Shown: piece by piece, positions 28,425 to 38,707 of the stretch
How the letters are laid out: each line of letters opens with the position of its first letter
Position numbering within the stretch: the first letter of the stretch is position 1
Assembly: GCA_963837955.1 (NCBI GenBank)
Contig: CAWIPH010000002.1
Span: 1,312,001 to 1,376,000 of the forward strand
Source of the DNA: an uncultured Verrucomicrobiae bacterium
GTDB lineage: Bacteria; Verrucomicrobiota; Verrucomicrobiia; Chthoniobacterales; JAFAMB01
Direction: 5' to 3'
DNA length: 64,000 nucleotides
Made by a program: the position numbers and the translations under genes
Notes under the pieces: model-generated
The model's input: the letters and a program-made list of their open reading frames with translations, nothing else
Database searches by the model: none
Told to the model about the DNA's origin: nothing

Positions 28425-31400
28425 TCAAGGGTTAGCATTCCCGCCGCTCCCGGCGTTGTCGGCGTTCCCGGCGTTCCCGGCGGTACTTACCGTGAGGATC
28501 GGGACATTGCTCTCGCGCACAAGATTGTTCACCGCTGGTAGATCCATCGTCCGGATCTGTTCCCAGATTTTCAGCTGCTCGTCCAGTTTCTCGCTAAGCA
28601 TCTGAAAAACCGCGTACTGGGGCTGAGTTGGAGCGGTGTCGGCCTGTTCGATCGTATGACTGAAAGTGTCGAATGCCTCGTTCAACATGTTGGGAAACGC
28701 CAGGTTTGCCTCGGATCCCTTCATGTTCACTTGCATCAGCTGCTCCTCGACGGCTGAAATTTTCCCTTTCAAGCTTTCGGTCCGATCTAGGGCGTGGCTT
28801 AGATTTTGATCCCCGGAAAAGCGTTTGTGAAGGCTATCGATTTGAGATTTCAGATCGCGGATTCCATTTACAGCCTGGTGGAGTTGACCGATTCGGTCTC
28901 GCGTTTCCAGCAACAGTGCGAACTGCTTGCGCAATCCTTCTTCGGATCCGTGAACGCGGGGATCACCGATCACGTGAAGCGGAACGGTCTGCGTTTGGCC
29001 GGAGACCGTCAACCGGATTTGATAGTCACCAGGCAACACCAGAGGGCCACGTGGGCCGTTGTCGGAGTAGAAGGCTCCTGGAATTTCTACTGGGTCTTGA
29101 TAGCGCAGATTCCATGCGTAGCGGTTCATCCCGGCCTCTGCCGGTATGGTCTTTACTTCTGGGACCCGGTCGGGCCACTCCTCTGGCTGTTCATTGTGTT
29201 TCTCTTCGCGACTCGACAGGCGGCGGACCAGCTTGCCGCTTCCGTCCAAGATTTCCAGGACCACTTCGTCCTTTGGTTTTTGCTTGAAGTAGTAGTTGAT
29301 AATTGCCCCGTTCGGAGGGTTTTCGCCGACAGGTTCTCGTTTGCTGACTTCGTCTGGAACATGCAAACGAATCGCTGTTTGCGGCCGGTAAAGAATCGTC
29401 TCGGCCTGGGCGGATTTAGGATCAAGCTGTCGTAGAGGTGTTACGTCATCGAGCACCCAAAAAGAACGCCCGTGGGTCCCCACCACCAAATCATCTTCTT
29501 TGACCACGAGGTCATGCACCGGCGAGTTCGGAAGGTTCAGCTGGAGGGATTGCCAGTGGTTGCCATCGTCCAGCGAGAAATAAACACCGGTTTCGGTCCC
29601 CGCATAGAGCAACCCACGGCGCTTCGGATCTTCTCGAACAGCATGCACATACGCACCGTTGGGTATACCTGCGGCAATTACGGTCCAAGTCTTACCGGCG
29701 TCGTGAGTCGCCAGGATCCAAGGCCGAAAATCATCGAGCCTATGTCGGTCGACTGCGACGTACGCTGTCGCGGCATCATGAGGTGAGGGTTCAATCAAGC
29801 TCACCGTGCTCCACTCCGGAAGTTGGGGCGGGGTTACATTCTTCCAGTTTTTACCGTCGTCGGTCGTCAGCTGAACCAATCCATCATCTGTCCCGGCCCA
29901 GAGTAATCCTTTCTGCTGGGGGGATTCGGCGAGCGCAAAAACTGTGTCGTAATACTCGACACTCGTGATATCGCGGGTGAGTGGGCCGCCGCTGGGTTTC
30001 TGCTTGCTGGGATCGTTGCGAGTCAGGTCCGGGCTGATCGTTGTCCAGCTTTGACCGTGATCAGTCGACTTAAAGACGCACTCTGCAGCGGTATATAATG
30101 TATCGGGATCATGCGGGGACAAAAGAAGCGGCGAAACCCATTGAAATCGATGTCTCAGATCAGCTGCGCCGTGGCCCGAAACATCCAGTGGCCAAACGGA
30201 GATGTCTTGCGACTGCTCCGTATGTTTGTCGTACCGCGTGATGTATCCTTCGCTATTTGAATAAATAATCAGTGGATCACGCGGATCAGGAACGACGAAG
30301 CCGCACTCTCCGCCGCCGGCCGCATACCAGTGCTGGCGACCGATTATTCCGTCGTCGGTCCGGCTGGCAATAGCCACGTTCGAGTTATCTTGTTGCGCTC
30401 CGTAAATGTGGTAAGGGAAAGCGTTATCAACAGCGACATGGTAGAACTGCGCCGTGGGCTGGTTGTTTTGGGTCGTCCATGTTTTGCCGCCATCGGTGGA
30501 GATGCTGGCGCCACCGTCGTTCGCGTTGATCAAGCGCCGAGGGTCGGCTGGATCGATCCACAAACCATGATGATCACCATGAGTCGCGGGCAGCAAACTG
30601 AACGTCCGCCCGCCGTCACCCGAACGGTACAGACCCGTGTTCAAGACGTAGACTGTATCGGCCGATTTTGGATCTGCATAGACCTTGCTGAAATACCAGG
30701 CGCGTTGTCGGAAACGGCCGTCGTCGTTCACTCGAATCCAATGATCGCCGCCGTCGTCCGATCGAAAGAGGCCACCTTCCTTGGCCTCGATCAACGCATA
30801 GACTCGATCTGGATCAGAACCGGAAACGGCGACTCCGATTCTCCCGAGGATTCCATCGGGCAAACCGTTGCCTTCGAGTCGTTGCCATGATTCTCCGCCA
30901 TCGATTGAGCGATAAAATCCGCTGCCCGGGCCGCCGCTCGAGAAATACCAGGGCTCCCGCCGCGCTTGCCAGAGTGCCGCAAACAGAATGTTCGGATTGT
31001 GGGGATCGAACACCACATCGATCCCGCCCGTATTTTCATCTTTGAACAAGACGTTCCGCCAGGTCCGACCTCCGTCGGTCGTTTTGAAAATCCCGCGTTC
31101 GGTATTTGGACCGAAGGCATGTCCAAGCGCCGCGACGAACACAATGTCCGGATTGGTCGGGTGGACGATGATCGCGCCGATGTGCCGGCTATCTTTGAGT
31201 CCGATATTTTTCCAATTCTTGCCCCCGTCGATCGATTTATAAACACCGTCTCCAAAAGTGATATCGCCGCGAATGGCGGCTTCGCCTGTGCCCACATAAA
31301 TCACGTTGCGATCCGAGCGTGCGACCGCGATGTCGCCGATTGATGACACGGCTTCCTTCTGAAAGAGGGGAGCCCAGGTTTGGCCGCCGTCCGTTGTTTT

Positions 31401-31634
31401 CCAAACTCCGCCGGCCACCGCGCCAAAGTAATAAACGTTGGGCTCGCCAACCACTCCTTGGACGGCTAGGGCTCGGCCACCCCTGAACGGACCAACCAGA
31501 CGCCACTTCATGCCAGAGTAAAAACTCTCATTAATCGCCGGCTTCTCCGGGGGTTCGGCGGCGCGTCCGGAGAGAATCAGAGGAAACAGGAGAAAAGGAA
31601 AATGAACGAATTTCAGAAAACGGTGAAGGTTCAT
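28425..31634 (-). CDS. secreted BNR/VPS10-repeat (sialidase-like beta-propeller) glycosyl hydrolase
   Basis: WRLVGPFRGGR, many (S/T)xDGGxxW Asp boxes, signal peptide. Confidence 0.88.
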   Translation of the reverse strand: MNLHRFLKFVHFPFLLFPLILSGRAAEPPEKPAINESFYSGMKWRLVGPFRGGRALAVQGVVGEPNVYYFGAVAGGVWKTTDGGQTWAPLFQKEAVSSIGDIAVARSDRNVIYVGTGEAAIRGDITFGDGVYKSIDGGKNWKNIGLKDSRHIGAIIVHPTNPDIVFVAALGHAFGPNTERGIFKTTDGGRTWRNVLFKDENTGGIDVVFDPHNPNILFAALWQARREPWYFSSGGPGSGFYRSIDGGESWQRLEGNGLPDGILGRIGVAVSGSDPDRVYALIEAKEGGLFRSDDGGDHWIRVNDDGRFRQRAWYFSKVYADPKSADTVYVLNTGLYRSGDGGRTFSLLPATHGDHHGLWIDPADPRRLINANDGGASISTDGGKTWTTQNNQPTAQFYHVAVDNAFPYHIYGAQQDNSNVAIASRTDDGIIGRQHWYAAGGGECGFVVPDPRDPLIIYSNSEGYITRYDKHTEQSQDISVWPLDVSGHGAADLRHRFQWVSPLLLSPHDPDTLYTAAECVFKSTDHGQSWTTISPDLTRNDPSKQKPSGGPLTRDITSVEYYDTVFALAESPQQKGLLWAGTDDGLVQLTTDDGKNWKNVTPPQLPEWSTVSLIEPSPHDAATAYVAVDRHRLDDFRPWILATHDAGKTWTVIAAGIPNGAYVHAVREDPKRRGLLYAGTETGVYFSLDDGNHWQSLQLNLPNSPVHDLVVKEDDLVVGTHGRSFWVLDDVTPLRQLDPKSAQAETILYRPQTAIRLHVPDEVSKREPVGENPPNGAIINYYFKQKPKDEVVLEILDGSGKLVRRLSSREEKHNEQPEEWPDRVPEVKTIPAEAGMNRYAWNLRYQDPVEIPGAFYSDNGPRGPLVLPGDYQIRLTVSGQTQTVPLHVIGDPRVHGSEEGLRKQFALLLETRDRIGQLHQAVNGIRDLKSQIDSLHKRFSGDQNLSHALDRTESLKGKISAVEEQLMQVNMKGSEANLAFPNMLNEAFDTFSHTIEQADTAPTQPQYAVFQMLSEKLDEQLKIWEQIRTMDLPAVNNLVRESNVPILTVSTAGNAGNADNAGSGGNANP

Positions 31635-31795
31635 AGAGAGGTCTAGCGAACGGCCACGGCTACAGTCTTACGATGGCAAACGCTATCCTAGACGCGGTCG
31701 CGGAAGGATCAAGCGATTCGCCTTCCGAACGCTCACCAATTACTTTGCGACTCCATCGTGCTATGCAATCTGTGCTTTAAGACCAATTAGGATTT

Positions 31796-32740
31796 ATGCC
31801 AGCGACTGCTTTACCCCAATTTCCGAAGGAACAATCTGAGTCAGGCGAGTTTGTGCGTCAGCAGGACGCGTTTCGCCGACGGATCACTTCAGATACTAAC
31901 GCCGAATTTCCGCCGATCTCGAACCGGTACCATCTGTACGTTTCCTGGGCGTGTCCTTGGGCTCACCGCATCATCATCGTTCGACATCTGAAGGGGTTGG
32001 AAAAGCTTATCGGAATCACGGTGGTCGATCCGATTCGTGACGACAAAGGTTGGGCTTTCCGCGACGTGCCAGGCGCTTCACACGATCCGATCAATGGATT
32101 CCTCTACTTGAGTGAAGCCTACCTGGCTACGGATCCCAACTACCAGGGGCGTGTCACGGTGCCGGTGCTTTGGGATAAGGAGACGAAACAAATTGTTTCC
32201 AACTCCGACGACGATCTAATGCGGATATTGAACTCCGCCTTTAACAGCCAGACCGGAAACCAATTAGATCTTTATCCTGCTGAGCACCGGGCTGAGATCG
32301 ACGCGCTAAACGAAACCATTTACGAGACGGTTAACAACGGAGTTTATAAAGCTGGCTTTGCCACTTCGCAGCAAGCGTACGAAAATGCTGCGATCGCGCT
32401 ATTCAAGACCTTGGATGAGCTCGATGCCAGGCTCGCAACGCGCCGCTTTCTTTTTGGACCTCAGCCTTTGGAGACCGATTGGCGCTTGTTCGTCACTCTA
32501 ATCCGGTTCGATGCGGTCTATCATGGTCACTTCAAGTGCAACATACGCCGGATCGTCGATTACCCGAATCTATCCGGTTATTTAAAGGATCTTTACCAGC
32601 AGCCAGGAATCGCTGAGACCGTCAACTTCGATCACATCAAACGGCACTATTATTATACGCACGACGACATCAACCCGACCCGGATTGTGCCGATCGGACC
32701 GAAACAGGACCTGAGTTCTCCGCATGGACGAACTAGTTAA
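31796..32740 (+). CDS. glutathionyl-hydroquinone reductase (YqjG/ECM4-type GST)
   Basis: RYHLYVSWACPWAHR, TVPVLWD, NNGVYKAGFA, HFKCN, INPTRIVP. Confidence 0.93.
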   Translation: MPATALPQFPKEQSESGEFVRQQDAFRRRITSDTNAEFPPISNRYHLYVSWACPWAHRIIIVRHLKGLEKLIGITVVDPIRDDKGWAFRDVPGASHDPINGFLYLSEAYLATDPNYQGRVTVPVLWDKETKQIVSNSDDDLMRILNSAFNSQTGNQLDLYPAEHRAEIDALNETIYETVNNGVYKAGFATSQQAYENAAIALFKTLDELDARLATRRFLFGPQPLETDWRLFVTLIRFDAVYHGHFKCNIRRIVDYPNLSGYLKDLYQQPGIAETVNFDHIKRHYYYTHDDINPTRIVPIGPKQDLSSPHGRTS

Positions 32741-33090
32741 CGCCGAGAACGCCGAGAACGCCGGGATCGCCGGGATCGCCGGGAGCCGAGCGGCGAAGCC
32801 CTAGGAATCGGCACCGGGTGGTCACGCACTGAAGGTGCGTTTTCAATCGGCCGATTCCCGATTCTTGGTCGACAAGATTAAGAGCCAAATGTTTGCCAGC
32901 GATTGCGCTACGCGATCTGAACAACATATATAAACGTTTTCGTCACGCGCCTTCAGCGCTGATTGCTTTTTTCTTATCCCTAGGGCTTCACCCAGGGCTT
33001 CACCCTAGGCTTTCTTGAGTCACGGCTTCGCCGCTCGGCGTTCCCGGCGTTCCCGGCGTTCCCGGCGTTATCGGCGCTGCCGGCGTTATT
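32740..33090. repeat. palindromic intergenic element bracketed by inverted 9-nt tandem repeats
   Basis: (ACGCCG[AG]GA)n at 32740-32785 and (TCCCGGCGT)n at 33036-33088; inner AGCGGCGAAGCC/GGCTTCGCCGCT. Confidence 0.65.
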
Positions 33091-33609
33091 GCGTCCGGGC
33101 AAACGGTCACTGAGCAAATTGATCGGCTTATGCGGAGGGATCAACGGTCCGCATAAATTTTTTTAAACCGATGCGGTACTGTTAGCGTCTAAAACCCCAA
33201 TGGATTTATTGTTGCCAAGGATCGGCAGAAGCGGGTCGGGAGCGGCTTCGCCAGCTTGTCTCGCGCTGATTCACCAACGAGAGCCACATATGTTTCCCCC
33301 AAGAACACAGGGTGAAACATATGAGTAGAATATATCAATCAGACGGGCTAAGCATTCTTGCGCGCTACACCAGCGTCGCGGTCGTCGCCATAGCTTCTTC
33401 GGCGCTGCCGTTGAAGAGCGGAGCGAACGAGCAAGCTCGAGACGATCAGACCAAGGTTGAATCCAGCGAAGATGGCCAGGGCGAGACCGGCGATCGTACC
33501 GTTCTCGATTAGGCCGCCATATATCGTCTGTGACGGACAGGCGAGCACGTGTGAGCCAAATGGGCGCGAGCCGCCCGATAGATCGGCGGCTCAAAGTCCC
33601 GCGGCCGCG

Positions 33610-33795
33610 CATACGCGTCAACTTAAGAATGGTTTGCCTGCTCCATCGCCGGGAGGGCGCGCGTCCCCGCGCGCCGAGAAAACGATCTCTAACCTGGGGG
33701 AGGCAATTTAACCCTTGGTATACAAACGCGCTTGGGTCCGGCCACAAGGGATCGCGGGGACGCGATCCCTCCCCGCGTTGGGTCACGCGGCCGCG
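33610..33795 (-). repeat. about 185-bp dispersed repeat, copy 2
   Basis: Reverse complement of 10675-10859 with few mismatches. Confidence 0.88.
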
Positions 33796-33814
33796 GCTGC
33801 GGGACTGTATCGCC

Positions 33815-34129
33815 CTACCAGCCACTACTGATTGCTCTTGCGGCAACATGCCCGACGGCATCGCTATTCAGCAGGTGCGATAATTCGCCAAAACAGCTAA
33901 TTATCCCAGCGAAAGCGAGAACCAGGAACAGCGCGAGAACTAACCCTTCGATGATGACAAAGTTGGGAGCGGCAGCCGGCGCGGCTAGTTTCCAGAACCC
34001 CTCTTCCGGCTGACAAATTGGGCTCGGCCCCGAAAGTTTTGCTTCGCGGTTCGGCGAAACACTCTTTTTCTCTTCAACGGGCTGGAACAAAAGTTCGGCT
34101 GGCGCGACGAATTTCATTATGGCAGACAT
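33815..34129 (-). CDS. small membrane protein (104 aa), divergent from ECF sigma
   Basis: GGAG RBS before ATG 34129; C-terminal TM segment; preceded by the conserved promoter motif. Confidence 0.65.
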   Translation of the reverse strand: MSAIMKFVAPAELLFQPVEEKKSVSPNREAKLSGPSPICQPEEGFWKLAAPAAAPNFVIIEGLVLALFLVLAFAGIISCFGELSHLLNSDAVGHVAARAISSGW

Positions 34130-34181
34130 AGTTTTTCTCCGGTTCTGATCTGTTTGTTTTGGTGTTTGGCCGGATAACCAG

Positions 34182-34221
34182 CCTTCACGCATTACAAAGG
34201 ATTGCTGATCTCGAAGTTTCA
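34182..34221 (-). promoter_or_regulatory. putative ECF promoter, copy A
   Basis: TGAAAC-ttcgagatcagcaatcct-TTGTA-atgcg-TGAAGG on the minus strand. Confidence 0.7.
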
Positions 34222-34380
34222 CTACCTCCCAAAAAAGGGCGGCCGATACGGGGGAATGTCTGATTTCGCCCTGGTTTGCCCTCCGGGCTGCGCGTCGCCA
34301 GAGCCAGGGACGGGAATTTGCGCAATTCCGAGATTCCCCTGCATCTCATTAAGGTGTAGAAATTGGCAAAAGGGCTACGG

Positions 34381-35148
34381 ATGAACCCGAACGACAGGTT
34401 GGCTGATGATGCCGGCCGGTTTCGAACCACACATTGGAGCGTCGTCTTGCTCTCTGCTCAAACTCAGGTGCCCGGTTCGCGAACGGCCTTGGCCGATCTT
34501 TGCCGTCTCTACTGGTATCCGCTCTATGCTTTCGTCCGGCGGCGAGGCTACAGCGCTGACGATGCCCAGGACCTGACGCAGGGTTTCTTCCTCAGTCTTC
34601 TTGAACGCAAGTCGTTACGACAGGTAGACCCCGAAAAAGGGAAATTCCGGTCGTTTCTTTTGGCGTCGTTGAAGAATTATCTTTCCGATGCATTTGATCG
34701 CCAGAAAAGCATCAAGCGAGGCGGCGAAATCGAATTTGTGGCACTCGATTTCGAGAGTGGCGAAGAACGTTACCGCGAAGATGCGGCCGATTCTTTGACT
34801 GCCGATAAAATTTTCGATGCCCGCTGGGCGATGACTTTGTTGGATCACGCGATCGGCCGCCTTCGCCAAGAGTATGCTTCGCAGGGCAAGACCGCGCTAA
34901 TCGACGCGCTCCAACCGTTTCTCGACCCGACCAACTGCAAGAGGTTACCCTCCTATGAGGAAGTTGCCGATCAGATACGGGTTAGTCTTGGTGGGGTAAA
35001 GACGCTCATTCATCGCTTGCGTAAACGCTACAGCGAGCTTCTGCGAGAGGAAGTCGCGCGGACAGTGACCGATCCCCAAGCCGTAGACGATGAGATTCAC
35101 GCTCTTTGCGAAGCACTCATTGCCTCCGAAGGCCGATTGGGAACGTGA
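34381..35148 (+). CDS. ECF sigma factor, Ser/Thr-kinase-associated type
   Basis: FRTTHWSVV, YWYPLYAFVRRRG, DAQDLTQGFF, GKFRSFL, sigma4 HRLRKRY; kinases follow and no anti-sigma is visible. Confidence 0.92.
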   Translation: MNPNDRLADDAGRFRTTHWSVVLLSAQTQVPGSRTALADLCRLYWYPLYAFVRRRGYSADDAQDLTQGFFLSLLERKSLRQVDPEKGKFRSFLLASLKNYLSDAFDRQKSIKRGGEIEFVALDFESGEERYREDAADSLTADKIFDARWAMTLLDHAIGRLRQEYASQGKTALIDALQPFLDPTNCKRLPSYEEVADQIRVSLGGVKTLIHRLRKRYSELLREEVARTVTDPQAVDDEIHALCEALIASEGRLGT

Positions 35149-35580
35149 GCACGACTGCGTCGCGACAAATCGCCGCGCGACTACGTCGTGATGACAAATA
35201 GCAAATAGCAGATATATGGGAGCGCTGAGCGGTTCCCCGACGGCAACGATTTGGCGACCGATCCGGCATTTTCTCGGAGGGTGCGTCGCTTGCGACGCCC
35301 GGAAGCTACCCGGTGTATATCGAGGAATCGAGCCCAGCGATTTTGAAGACATCTAATTATCAGGTGTAGTTTGCGGGGTCAGAAAGTACGGCATTTGCGA
35401 AGAGGGATTTTGAACAGAAGGACGCAAAGTTCGCGAAGAAGATAGGGAACTCTCGCCTCACCCTGTACCAGCTCGACCGCAGTTTTCTTAGGAGTTGGTT
35501 AGTCACAAAAAGCCTTTGTGATTTTTGCGGCCTCCTGTTCAAATTCCTCTTCGCGACCTTCTGTCGGGACGCCTTTTTTT

Positions 35581-35701
35581 CGCAACTCCAAGATTCCCAG
35601 GCATCTAAATAGGGTGTAAAGGTTGGCGAGGGGGCCACGGATGAGCCCCGAGCGACAGGTTGGCGGATGAAGATTTCGGCCGGTTTCGAACTACGGATTG
35701 G
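35581..35701 (+). pseudogene. degenerate duplicate of the ECF sigma upstream region and first ~19 codons
   Basis: Aligns with 34321-34437; frameshifted shortly after the ATG at 35641. Confidence 0.7.
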
Positions 35702-35727
35702 ATTACTTCCGAAGTCCGAAATGGGCC

Positions 35728-38586
35728 GTGACTACAAAAGACAGACGGGCCTGCCCGGTTTGCAATACGCTGTTTTCCGACAGCAGCGAGACGTGTCCGG
35801 TCTGTGCATTGCAAGGAGCTCTCAAATCGGAGAGCAACACATCTTCCTCTAAAGAGGCTTCCTCCGAACCAGAGCTTCGTTTTGAGCACTACACGGTTTT
35901 GAAGAACATAGACGGAACACCGGTCGAGCTCGGGGGTGGGTCGATGGGAGTCACCTACAAAGCCTTTGATGTCCATCTGCAGTGCCCGGTGGCCTTGAAG
36001 ATCATTAACGCACGATTCATCGGCGACGACTCAGCCCGGCACCGTTTTGTGCGGGAAGCCCGAGCAGCGGCCAGTGTACGTCATCCCAACGTTGCCTCGG
36101 TATTTCATCTGGGCGAAAGCGGCGGGAACTACTTCTACTCGATGGAATTTGTCGAGGGTGAAACTCTGGAAGAACTCATCCGGCGTTCTGGCAGGCTGGA
36201 GCCCAATCTAGCGCTCGAAGTGGCGACGCAAGTCGCGGCTGGGTTAACCGCTATTGAGAAACAGCATTTGGTTCATCGGGACATCAAACCCAGCAACATT
36301 ATGGTCTGCTTTGAGGACGGACGCATAGAGAACGTCAAGATTATCGACCTCGGCTTAGCTAAGGGAGTTGCGCAGGAAGACACGATTTCGACCGCGGGAA
36401 GTTTTACGGGAACCCCCGGCTACGCCAGCCCAGAACAATTTGCCGGGATAAAAACCGACATTCGCTCTGATCTCTATTCACTAGGAATCACACTTTGGGA
36501 GATGCTTAGTGGAAATCTTCCTTTCCAAGGCTCTGCGGCAGAGTTGATGTACCAGCATCAACATGCCGCATTGCCGGCCGGAAAATTGAAGAACGTTCCA
36601 GCACCGATGATCGCGCTGCTGGAAGTTCTGCTGGAGAAAGATCCTGGCCAGCGTTTTCAAAGTCCGGCTCAATTGCTCAGGGCTATCCCCAAAGTCAGAG
36701 AAGCGATTACTTCCGGATCACGCCTAAGCCCGAAAGAGCTGCGGTCGTCCGGCGATCAAATAGCTGAGCAATCGCCGAAACGAAAGCCGAGAGAGCATGC
36801 TCTTCGCTGGGCGCTTGGAGCTGGCCTATGCTTGGCTGGATTGCTCGCCTGGTTTTTCTACTCCGGTTACCGGGTGCCTTTCTTCAACCAGCGAGGCGTC
36901 GAAGCGATGCCAACCGACAAGAGTATTGCCGTTCTACCCTTCGAGAATATCAGCGCGAATAAAGATGACGCGTACTTTGCGGACGGCGTCCAGGATGAAA
37001 TCCTCAATAATCTCGCTAAGATTGCTCAGCTCAAAGTCATCAGCCGGACCTCGGTGATGCAGTATCGGGCGGATAACAAACGCGATCTCCGTCAGATCGC
37101 CAGTGCACTGGGCGTTGCCAGCGTGTTGGAAGGTACCGTCCGTCGCGACGGAAACCATGTGCGTGTTAGTACCGAGTTAGTCGATGCCCGCAATGACAAC
37201 ACGATTTGGGCCGATAGCTATGACCGGAATTTGACAAATATTTTTTCCATCCAGAGCGAAATCGCCCAGACAGTTGCTTCGAGACTGAGTGCTCAGTTGT
37301 CCCCGGAAGAACGCAAAGACATCGAGGAAAAACCGACCAATAACTTGGAGGCGTATGATCTTTATCTCCAGGCTCAGCAGCTGCTAGGGCCCAACAGTGT
37401 TGTTGTTCTTTGGAGCAGCGAGAAGGCAACCTTTTCAAAGGCGATCAGTTTACTGGAAGAAGCGACCCAGAAGGATCGTAAATTCGCGCTTGCGTATTGT
37501 CTGATGGCAAACGCTCACGACTCTCTCTACTTTGATCTGGTCGATCGCACGCCAGCGAGACGTGCGCAGGGCGATGCGGCCGTAGATGAGGCCTTACGGC
37601 TTCGACCGGATCTTGCTGAGGTTCATTTGGCCGCCGCCTATCACCTTTACGCCTGTTATCGCGACTTTGAGAGAGCCCGTGTTCAAATAGCTATCGCGGC
37701 GGAGACTCGGCCAAACAATCCTGATCTCCTTCAGATAACGGCTTTTATCGACCGAAGGCAGGGACGGTGGGACAAGGCCGTGGCGGGTCTAGACAGAGCG
37801 GCCGCCCTGGATCCCCGAAACCCGGCGGTTCTCGATAGCCTAGCTGACACCTATCGCTGCCTTCGGCGTTATCGGGACAACGAGCGGATCTTGGATCGAC
37901 TAATCGAACTTGAGCCCGATCAGCCATTGTTTACGCTTAACAAAGCGGGATCCGCCTTTGCGGAGAAAGCAGATTTAAAGAGCGCCCTTGCTGTATACGA
38001 GGCGCTTCCGACTTCCATGAAAGATGACGTCAATATCACTTGGGAGCGTGTTTACTATGCAACGTGCGCTGGTGACTTTACCGCCGCACGAGAAATTGTT
38101 AGCAAAAGTCCAAACGAAGAGATTCGCTTTTTTGGACCTTTAGTTCCACGCCGAATCGTCGCGCTTTGGCTTGATCTGGTCCAGGGAAATCATCCCACAA
38201 TAGAGGAGTTTGGCGCTGCGCGTGAACAGCTCTACCGAAAAGTCGAAGCAGACCGAACCGATCCTTTCTTATTGGCGGCGCTTGCTCTTGCTGATGCCGC
38301 TCTGGGGCGTCAGGAAGAGAGCATTCAGGAAGGAAGGCGGGCGATAGAAATGCGACCAATCTCCGAGGACGTCGAAGACGGCCCAGTCATAGCGAGGAAC
38401 GTCGCGGCGGTCTACGCTTGGGCAAACCAGTCCGACTATGCTTTCGAACAACTTAATATCCTGATCAAGATGCCTAGTTATATTTTTCTCACTTACGGAG
38501 ACCTCAAGACCGATCCCACTTGGGATCCACTCCGGAAAGATCCGCGGTTTGACAAATTGTTGGCTGAGTTAACGCCGAAGGACTGA
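35728..38586 (+). CDS. Ser/Thr protein kinase (Zn ribbon, kinase, TM, TolB-like, TPR)
   Basis: CPVC..CPVC, VALK, HRDIKPSN, DLGLAK, GTPGYASPEQ, TM, KSIAVLPF, TPR repeats; start GTG 35728 (ORF opens at 35698). Confidence 0.93.
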   Translation: MTTKDRRACPVCNTLFSDSSETCPVCALQGALKSESNTSSSKEASSEPELRFEHYTVLKNIDGTPVELGGGSMGVTYKAFDVHLQCPVALKIINARFIGDDSARHRFVREARAAASVRHPNVASVFHLGESGGNYFYSMEFVEGETLEELIRRSGRLEPNLALEVATQVAAGLTAIEKQHLVHRDIKPSNIMVCFEDGRIENVKIIDLGLAKGVAQEDTISTAGSFTGTPGYASPEQFAGIKTDIRSDLYSLGITLWEMLSGNLPFQGSAAELMYQHQHAALPAGKLKNVPAPMIALLEVLLEKDPGQRFQSPAQLLRAIPKVREAITSGSRLSPKELRSSGDQIAEQSPKRKPREHALRWALGAGLCLAGLLAWFFYSGYRVPFFNQRGVEAMPTDKSIAVLPFENISANKDDAYFADGVQDEILNNLAKIAQLKVISRTSVMQYRADNKRDLRQIASALGVASVLEGTVRRDGNHVRVSTELVDARNDNTIWADSYDRNLTNIFSIQSEIAQTVASRLSAQLSPEERKDIEEKPTNNLEAYDLYLQAQQLLGPNSVVVLWSSEKATFSKAISLLEEATQKDRKFALAYCLMANAHDSLYFDLVDRTPARRAQGDAAVDEALRLRPDLAEVHLAAAYHLYACYRDFERARVQIAIAAETRPNNPDLLQITAFIDRRQGRWDKAVAGLDRAAALDPRNPAVLDSLADTYRCLRRYRDNERILDRLIELEPDQPLFTLNKAGSAFAEKADLKSALAVYEALPTSMKDDVNITWERVYYATCAGDFTAAREIVSKSPNEEIRFFGPLVPRRIVALWLDLVQGNHPTIEEFGAAREQLYRKVEADRTDPFLLAALALADAALGRQEESIQEGRRAIEMRPISEDVEDGPVIARNVAAVYAWANQSDYAFEQLNILIKMPSYIFLTYGDLKTDPTWDPLRKDPRFDKLLAELTPKD

Positions 38587-38707
38587 GCACGACCACGCCG
38601 AGATGCCAAATAGCAAATAGCAAAGAGAGCGGAGGAGTGATGGAAATCAGGGATTGGAATTGAGATCACACAAGACGCGTTAGGGCGGTCGACCAACGAC
38701 CTAATTT

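Noticed and set aside
33286..33340. TGAAAC at about 33313 as a fourth ECF promoter
   Set aside because: No TTGTA at the N18 spacing; it is one arm of a CATATGTTTC/GAAACATATG inverted repeat.
33348..33548. 66-aa minus-strand ORF with a TM-like segment
   Set aside because: The hydrophobic stretch is plausible, but there is no clear start or RBS and it abuts a repeat element; not enough support.
35380..35570. Inverted TTTGAACAG..AG / CT..CTGTTCAAA segments as IS ends
   Set aside because: Short degenerate palindromic repeat with no transposase and no target-site duplication seen.
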